Positions 58,522-64,000 of a DNA stretch of 64,000 nucleotides are shown in pieces. Every line of letters starts with the position of its first letter. Position 1 is the first letter of the stretch. Below the pieces are notes generated by a model. That model did no database searches. It saw nothing but the letters and a program-made list of their open reading frames with translations, and was not told the origin of the DNA. The stretch comes from Dehalococcoidia bacterium (GTDB lineage Bacteria; Chloroflexota; Dehalococcoidia; Lucifugimonadales; GCA-002694895): positions 2,809 to 66,808 of the forward strand of contig JBJLGN010000025.1 of assembly GCA_045564835.1 (NCBI GenBank), in the 5' to 3' direction. A program made the position numbers and the translations under genes.

Positions 58522-59415
58522 TTGAATATAAGTCAGTTAATAGTTCAAAATAAATTACAATTAGAACATGGCAAAATAGAAGAAGCTCAACTAGAATCAG
58601 AACTTATAATAATGCATATTCTTGATCTAGATAAATCAGATTTATTATTAAATCCTGATAAAAACATAACAAAGCAACAAATAAAGATTAACAATTCAAT
58701 TATTAAGAAAAGGCTGAAAAGAATCCCCTTAGCATATATTTTAAATTATAAATATTTTTACAAATCAAAATTTTTTACTAATGAATCTGTACTTATTCCA
58801 AGGCAAGAAACAGAAATACTCGTAGAAATCTGTTCAAACTTAATAAAAGACGAAAATAGTAATTTTAAAATACTTGAAATAGGGATAGGAAGTGGTGCTA
58901 TTACTGGATCATTAGCTAATTTATTTCCATCCCAAAAGATAGAATATATAGCTACAGATATAAACGTTAATTCGCTACAAATTGCAAAAAATAATATTTT
59001 AGCAATAAATAAATCAACTAAATTAAGTCTAGTACATAACGATCTTTTGAAAGGTATAAAAGGTAGCTATAAACTCATAATTTCAAATCCTCCATACTTA
59101 TCTAGTGAAGAAATGAAAAAAGTAAGAACCGAGCTAACATTTGAGCCAAAAGAAGCTTTATTTGGCGGAGAAGAAGGTCATGAAATTTGCGAAAATATAT
59201 TATATCAGTTAGCTGAATCTAATATAAATTTTGAAAATTTGATTTTAGAAATCAATCCAATCAGTATTCAGTACTTAGTCAAAATTATAAAAAAATTATT
59301 TCAAAATTACTTTAAATATATAATTAAGGACTTTAATAATCAAAACAGATTTATTCTGATTACAAAAAAAGAGGTATCACAAAAGTTGAATAAATTTAAC
59401 TATTGCCCTAATTGA
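58522..59415 (+). CDS. prmC: release factor glutamine N5-methyltransferase
   Basis: 297-aa ORF with a TTG start, SAM motif ILEIGIGSGAI and catalytic IISNPPYL. It lies directly downstream of prfA. Confidence 0.9.
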   Translation: MNISQLIVQNKLQLEHGKIEEAQLESELIIMHILDLDKSDLLLNPDKNITKQQIKINNSIIKKRLKRIPLAYILNYKYFYKSKFFTNESVLIPRQETEILVEICSNLIKDENSNFKILEIGIGSGAITGSLANLFPSQKIEYIATDINVNSLQIAKNNILAINKSTKLSLVHNDLLKGIKGSYKLIISNPPYLSSEEMKKVRTELTFEPKEALFGGEEGHEICENILYQLAESNINFENLILEINPISIQYLVKIIKKLFQNYFKYIIKDFNNQNRFILITKKEVSQKLNKFNYCPN

Positions 59416-60527
59416 AAAAACTTTCCTTCTGTTTTAATAGACGGAGCAACAATCATCTCAGCTTTATGCATATCTCTTATAGAATAAGCTCCAACAAATC
59501 CCATACAATTTTTCAAAGCACCCATGAAATTTTGAGTTCCATCACTTGTAGTTGATGGTCCATTTAATAGTGTTTCTAAACTCCATCTTGTGCCAACAGA
59601 TACTCTAGTACCTCTAGGTAATGATTGATCAGCGGTTGCCATTCCCCAATTAAAACCACTTCCAGGGGCTTCTTCCGTTTGTGCCAACGGAGTTCCAATC
59701 ATCACAGCATCTGCGCCAGCTGTAAAAGATTTACAGAAGTCTCCTCCTGTTCTTATTCCACCATCAGTTATTATTGATACATATCTGCCAGTTTCTTCAA
59801 AGTAATCATCTCTGGCTTTTGAACAATTTAATGTGGCAGTCACTTGTGGGACTCCTAGTCCTGTTACTTCTCTAGTAGTGCATGCTGCGCCAGGTCCTAC
59901 TCCAACTAATATTCCGTCCACACCAGTATTCATAAACTCTAAAGCAACATTGTAACTCACACAATTTCCAACTATTAAAGGTACTTTTATTTGTTTTTTA
60001 AGTTCAGTCATATTTAAGCCGGTTATACTTCTTGAAAAATGCCTTGGCGTAGTTACTGTTGATTGAACAACAATAATATCTGCACCGGCCTCAATTGCAA
60101 TAGGGCTTAATCTTTTTGTGTTTTGTGGAGTCACAGACACTGCGCAGATAACATTATTAGATTTTATTTCTTGTACTCGTTCAGCAACCAGTTTTTCAGA
60201 TATCTCTTTGTTATAGACACTTTGCATTATAGACGTAGCTTTTTCTGGCTCACTTGAAATAATAGATTCTAAAACATCTTTATAATCGGGATATTTTGTA
60301 TAAATACCCTCTAAATTCAGTACTCCAAGACCTCCTTTTTGATTAAATTGGACAGCAAAAGACGGTGAAACTACAGCGTCCATTGCAGAAGCTAATACAG
60401 GCAAATCAAATTCTAATTCTTGAATTTTAAATTTAGTTTCAGCTAGTTCAGGATTGATCGTGAATTCCCCTGGAACTATAGCAACATCATCGTATCCATA
60501 AGCATGCTCAAGCAATAAAGACCTCAT
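59400..60527 (-). CDS. GuaB3-type IMP dehydrogenase-related protein (no CBS subdomain)
   Basis: 375-aa ORF with YDDVAIVPG, VSVTPQN, VGVGPGAACTTREVTGLGVPQ and ITDGGIRTGGD. Its length and architecture match the short GuaB3 class. It overlaps convergent prmC by 16 nt. Confidence 0.7.
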   Translation of the reverse strand: MRSLLLEHAYGYDDVAIVPGEFTINPELAETKFKIQELEFDLPVLASAMDAVVSPSFAVQFNQKGGLGVLNLEGIYTKYPDYKDVLESIISSEPEKATSIMQSVYNKEISEKLVAERVQEIKSNNVICAVSVTPQNTKRLSPIAIEAGADIIVVQSTVTTPRHFSRSITGLNMTELKKQIKVPLIVGNCVSYNVALEFMNTGVDGILVGVGPGAACTTREVTGLGVPQVTATLNCSKARDDYFEETGRYVSIITDGGIRTGGDFCKSFTAGADAVMIGTPLAQTEEAPGSGFNWGMATADQSLPRGTRVSVGTRWSLETLLNGPSTTSDGTQNFMGALKNCMGFVGAYSIRDMHKAEMIVAPSIKTEGKFFQLGQ

Positions 60528-60618
60528 ATCAAATAAATTAATGAGATTATACAGCAGAATATTAATGCTTCAAATAGTCATATAGCAAGAATTTATCAAA
60601 AAACAAGAAAATTTTATT

Positions 60619-61401
60619 CTAAATCACATTATCTAAGCCGTATACAAAGCCATTTAATGTCTTAATATTTCTTAGTGCTTTTAGAACGCCTGTCATAAAT
60701 GATTTTCTATCAATTGAATCATGTCTTAGTGTTAATGTTTCACCTATGTTACCAAACACTATTTCGTGATGCGCCACATATCCCGGCATACGCCTACTAT
60801 GTACATTAATTCCAGACATATCACCACCTCTAGTGTTTGGAAGTGATTCCGTAGTTGGGATATTTTGTTTGAATTTTTTTTCTTTCTTACTCTCCAATAT
60901 GGACTGCAATATCGATATAGCTGTTCCTGATGGGGAATCAATTTTATTTTCATGGTGCATTTCAGTAAGGTCTGCAAAGTCGTAATGATTAGAAATTTCT
61001 TTTACCATTTTTATTAACAAATTTGCTCCAATAGAAAAATTTGGTACTAAAAATATTGTTATACCATAAGCTACAGAAATACTTTTTAATTCTTCAATAT
61101 TTTGATCAGTAAATCCTGTAGATCCAATAATAATATCAACGCCATTTTTCCCACAGTACTCAACAATTTTCATAGAAGTACTTGCGTTAGTGAAATCAAC
61201 AAGTACGTCAATTTTATTATCTTTAAAATCTAACGAATTATAAATAGGAATATCTTCATTATCAACATGAAATGTTTCTGATTTTTTATCAACTCCAAAA
61301 CATAGTTTCATATCATTGGATGTTGAAACTGTTTCCAATACATATCGACCCATTTTGCCTAAAGCTCCATGAACAGCTACATTTAGAATTTGATCATTCA
61401 T
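60619..61401 (-). CDS. dapB: 4-hydroxy-tetrahydrodipicolinate reductase
   Basis: 260-aa ORF with AVHGALGKMG (Rossmann) and EMHHENKIDSPSGTA (the E-x-HH-x2-K-x-D-x-PSGTA signature). Confidence 0.9.
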   Translation of the reverse strand: MNDQILNVAVHGALGKMGRYVLETVSTSNDMKLCFGVDKKSETFHVDNEDIPIYNSLDFKDNKIDVLVDFTNASTSMKIVEYCGKNGVDIIIGSTGFTDQNIEELKSISVAYGITIFLVPNFSIGANLLIKMVKEISNHYDFADLTEMHHENKIDSPSGTAISILQSILESKKEKKFKQNIPTTESLPNTRGGDMSGINVHSRRMPGYVAHHEIVFGNIGETLTLRHDSIDRKSFMTGVLKALRNIKTLNGFVYGLDNVI

Positions 61402-61452
61402 AATATTATGCCTTTAAAAAAATTAATTTATATTAATTTAGCATAATTAAGA

Positions 61453-63516
61453 TTAATCTTTAAGTAAAGCTTTCCTTGATAATGAAATTTTACCGTCTTG
61501 GGTAACACCTTTAACTTTAACTTCTACTTCATCACCAATTTGTAAAACATCTTCAACATTTTCAACTCGTTTATTTTCAATTTCACTTATGTGCAGCAAT
61601 CCATCTTTGGAAGGAGTTATTGCTATAAAAGCACCAAAATCTCTGATACTTACAACTTTACCAGTATAAATCTCGCCTTCTTTTATTTCTTTAGTGAGTA
61701 ATTTGATTTTTTCGAGAGCTATTTCCATTGCATTTCCATCTTCTGAAGAAACAGAAACAACACCGTCGTCATTAATATCTATCACAGCGCCACTTTCTTC
61801 TGAAATACCTTTTATAGTTTTACCTCCAGGTCCTATAAGTAAGCCTATTTTATCTACATCAATTTGGTATCTAGATATTCTAGGCGCATCTGGTTTTAAA
61901 GATTCTCTAGGATTTGGTAATATTGAAACAATTGTTTGAAGAATATCAGCTCGCCCTTTCTTAGCAATATCTAATGCATTTCTTACTACTTCCATGGATA
62001 TAAATTTTTTCTTTATATCTAACTGAATCGCAGTAATTCCTGTATCAGTTCCAGCTACTTTAAAGTCCATATCACCATAATGATCTTCAATTCCTTGAAT
62101 ATCTAACATAACATCGTATTTATCATTATCAGATATCATTCCAACTGAAATTCCAGCAACTGGTTTTTTAATAGGAACACCTGCATCCATCAAAGCTAAA
62201 GTAGCAGAACATACAGTTCCCATTGATGTACTACCATTAGATTGTAAACATTCAGCCACAATTCTTATAGCATATGGAAATTCATCTGAGTCAGGAAGGA
62301 CTTGTGCTAAAGCTTTTTCAGCCAATTGTCCATGACCTATTTCTCTTCTTCCGGGGGATCTCATGGGCCTAGCTTCTCCTACAGAATAAGGAGGAAAATT
62401 ATAATGAAGCATAAATTTTTTCTCGTCAAGTGGAGTTAATGTATCTAGTCTTTGATAATCTCTTGCAGATCCTAATGTAACCAATGATAAGACTTGAGTC
62501 TCACCTCTGGTAAACAACCCACTTCCATGAACCTTTGGAATCAAATCAACTGAACCACTTAAATCTCTAATTTCATCAAATTTTCTACCATCTTCTCTGA
62601 TTTTGTCTTCTAAAGTAATACTTCTGAACACATCAGCTTTCAATTGGTCTATCTCATTATCATAAGTTTCTTCAGAGTTTTTACTTTCTACATAAGAGTT
62701 TATTATTTCTTTTATTTCATCTTCTTTTTCAGATTTTGTACTATCTTTCTTGTATACGTCTTTTAATTGAGATTTCAAAGAATCTGTAAGTTCAGAATAT
62801 ATAGATTCATCAAAATCATAATTAAATTCCACACTATCTCTACTATGTTTATTGATAAAGCTATCTAAATTATCTATTATTTCATTATTAATTTCTTGAG
62901 ATTTTTCAATTGCTTTGTACATTAAATCTTCGTCAACTTCCTGACCTTCCGCTTCAATCATTACGACCCCATCTTTTGATCCTGAAACCAATAAATCAAA
63001 GTCACTATCATCTAATTGTTCATATGTTGGATTAACAACAATTTCGTCATCAATATAAGCAATGTTTGATGCAGCAACTTGCGTATTAAAAGGGATGTCA
63101 GAAATTGATAATGCCACATTTGCACCAACAACGGCTAACCATTCTAAAGGACAAGTCAAATCAACAGCCAATGGCAATATCACTATAGCTACTTCATTTT
63201 TAAATCCCTCAGGGAATAAAGGTCGTAAGGTTCTGTCTATTAACCTAGCTGAAAGAATAGCTTGTGAGCTTGGCCTGCCTTCTCTCCTAAAGAATCCTCC
63301 AGGTATTTTGCCTCGTGCATATAATTTTTCTTCAAAATCAACAATAAGAGGAAAAAAATCAATCCCTGGTCTAGGGTCACTCATTGTTGCTGTAATTAGT
63401 AAAACGTTGTCTCTGTATCTCATTAAAACTGATCCATTAGCTGCCTTAGCTAATTCGCCTGTTTCAATAGTTATTTTTTCTCCATCAATTAAAAAATCGA
63501 ATTTGTCTTTATCCAT
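61453..63516 (-). CDS. pnp: polyribonucleotide nucleotidyltransferase (PNPase)
   Basis: 687-aa ORF with two RNase PH domains, a KH domain (LIGPGGKTIKGI) and an S1 domain (GEIYTGKVVSIRDFGAFI). Confidence 0.97.
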   Translation of the reverse strand: MDKDKFDFLIDGEKITIETGELAKAANGSVLMRYRDNVLLITATMSDPRPGIDFFPLIVDFEEKLYARGKIPGGFFRREGRPSSQAILSARLIDRTLRPLFPEGFKNEVAIVILPLAVDLTCPLEWLAVVGANVALSISDIPFNTQVAASNIAYIDDEIVVNPTYEQLDDSDFDLLVSGSKDGVVMIEAEGQEVDEDLMYKAIEKSQEINNEIIDNLDSFINKHSRDSVEFNYDFDESIYSELTDSLKSQLKDVYKKDSTKSEKEDEIKEIINSYVESKNSEETYDNEIDQLKADVFRSITLEDKIREDGRKFDEIRDLSGSVDLIPKVHGSGLFTRGETQVLSLVTLGSARDYQRLDTLTPLDEKKFMLHYNFPPYSVGEARPMRSPGRREIGHGQLAEKALAQVLPDSDEFPYAIRIVAECLQSNGSTSMGTVCSATLALMDAGVPIKKPVAGISVGMISDNDKYDVMLDIQGIEDHYGDMDFKVAGTDTGITAIQLDIKKKFISMEVVRNALDIAKKGRADILQTIVSILPNPRESLKPDAPRISRYQIDVDKIGLLIGPGGKTIKGISEESGAVIDINDDGVVSVSSEDGNAMEIALEKIKLLTKEIKEGEIYTGKVVSIRDFGAFIAITPSKDGLLHISEIENKRVENVEDVLQIGDEVEVKVKGVTQDGKISLSRKALLKD

Positions 63517-63559
63517 TATTACTCCTTAGATGTAGGTGAAAGGCATAAAACAATTTATT

Positions 63560-63814
63560 TTATTTTCTGATGCCTAAGGAAGTTAGTATGTTGTTATACA
63601 GCTGTAGATTATCTTGGCGTAAAAAACTCAATAACCTAGATCTTTTTCCAACAAGTTTTAACATACCATGTTTTGAACTATTGTCTCCTGGGTTAGATCT
63701 TAAATGATCAGTTAGGATATTTATCCGCCCCGTTAGATGTGAAATCTGAAACTCAGCAGATCCTGTGTCTTTATCATGCTTCTTAAATACTTCTTTTACT
63801 TCTTTTTTATTCAC
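63560..63814 (-). CDS. rpsO: 30S ribosomal protein S15
   Basis: 84-aa ORF with a GTG start. DTGSAEFQISHLTGRINILTDHLRSNPGDNSSKHGMLKLVGKRSRLLSFL is the S15 pattern. It lies upstream of pnp, as usual. Confidence 0.9.
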   Translation of the reverse strand: MNKKEVKEVFKKHDKDTGSAEFQISHLTGRINILTDHLRSNPGDNSSKHGMLKLVGKRSRLLSFLRQDNLQLYNNILTSLGIRK

Positions 63815-64000
63815 TTTTATAATTTTTCATTTTATTAACAGAATAGATTCTAACACATTGTAAGAATAATATTACTTGTTTTAATAATATATTTACAATT
63901 TTTTTTAAACTATCACGATTTACTCATTAGATATATACAATTATTACTATTTTATGTGTTATACTCTCTCTCGTGCTAATTTATAATCACCAAAACTAAA

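Noticed and set aside
63062-63529. 155-aa plus-strand ORF antisense to the 5' part of pnp
   Set aside because: It lies inside the highly conserved PNPase gene. Its composition is typical of an antisense shadow frame, with no start context.

Overview
This is a visibly AT-rich (roughly 30% G+C by eye, not computed) and extremely compact bacterial chromosomal segment. It holds about 60 protein genes and three tRNAs, with almost no intergenic DNA. Many neighbouring genes overlap by 1-16 nt, including convergent pairs whose stop codons touch or overlap. Most of the content is housekeeping or central metabolism. A Trp T-box leader precedes a gap-free trpS-trpE-G-D-C-F block. The window carries four more aaRS genes (cysS, metG, hisS, plus trpS), lysine-branch genes (asd, dapA, dapB), purA, thiD and lipA. 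It also carries hspR-grpE-dnaK, etfBA, tatA/B-like/C, lexA, rpsT, rel, prfA-prmC, pnp-rpsO and RNA methyltransferases (rsmI, rlmB, rlmD-like). A plus-strand accessory catabolic stretch (21.4-29.7 kb) has two Gfo/Idh/MocA oxidoreductases, a flavoprotein, a hydratase, an FMN 2-hydroxyacid oxidase and a DSD1-like PLP enzyme. There are also Mo-cofactor maturation genes (xdhC, mocA-like) and a lipid-modification module (2x cfa-like, FAD oxidoreductase, DUF1365). Several features point to a Gram-positive-type lineage such as Chloroflexota or Actinomycetota with a streamlined, probably marine planktonic, genome; this is inference only. Those features are a terminator-type T-box, an HspR regulator, a GAAC-N4-GTnC LexA box, a GuaB3-type IMPDH-like gene and an F420:NADP oxidoreductase-like gene. 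I see no CRISPR array, transposon, prophage or recognisable defence island. The observations most worth a second look are as follows. (1) A full-length CysRS is fused to a GT-A-like domain and translationally coupled to an amidohydrolase. (2) A lone large serine recombinase has an apparently degenerate catalytic core, with nested palindromes next to it. (3) rel and prfA each show an apparent +1 frameshift. (4) The Trp T-box operon. (5) A furan/cyclopropane fatty-acid-like cluster. (6) A strongly signalled double zinc-ribbon ORF heads a MetF-like/SelA-like gene group. All functional calls come from motif recognition by eye in the supplied translations; no database search was possible.
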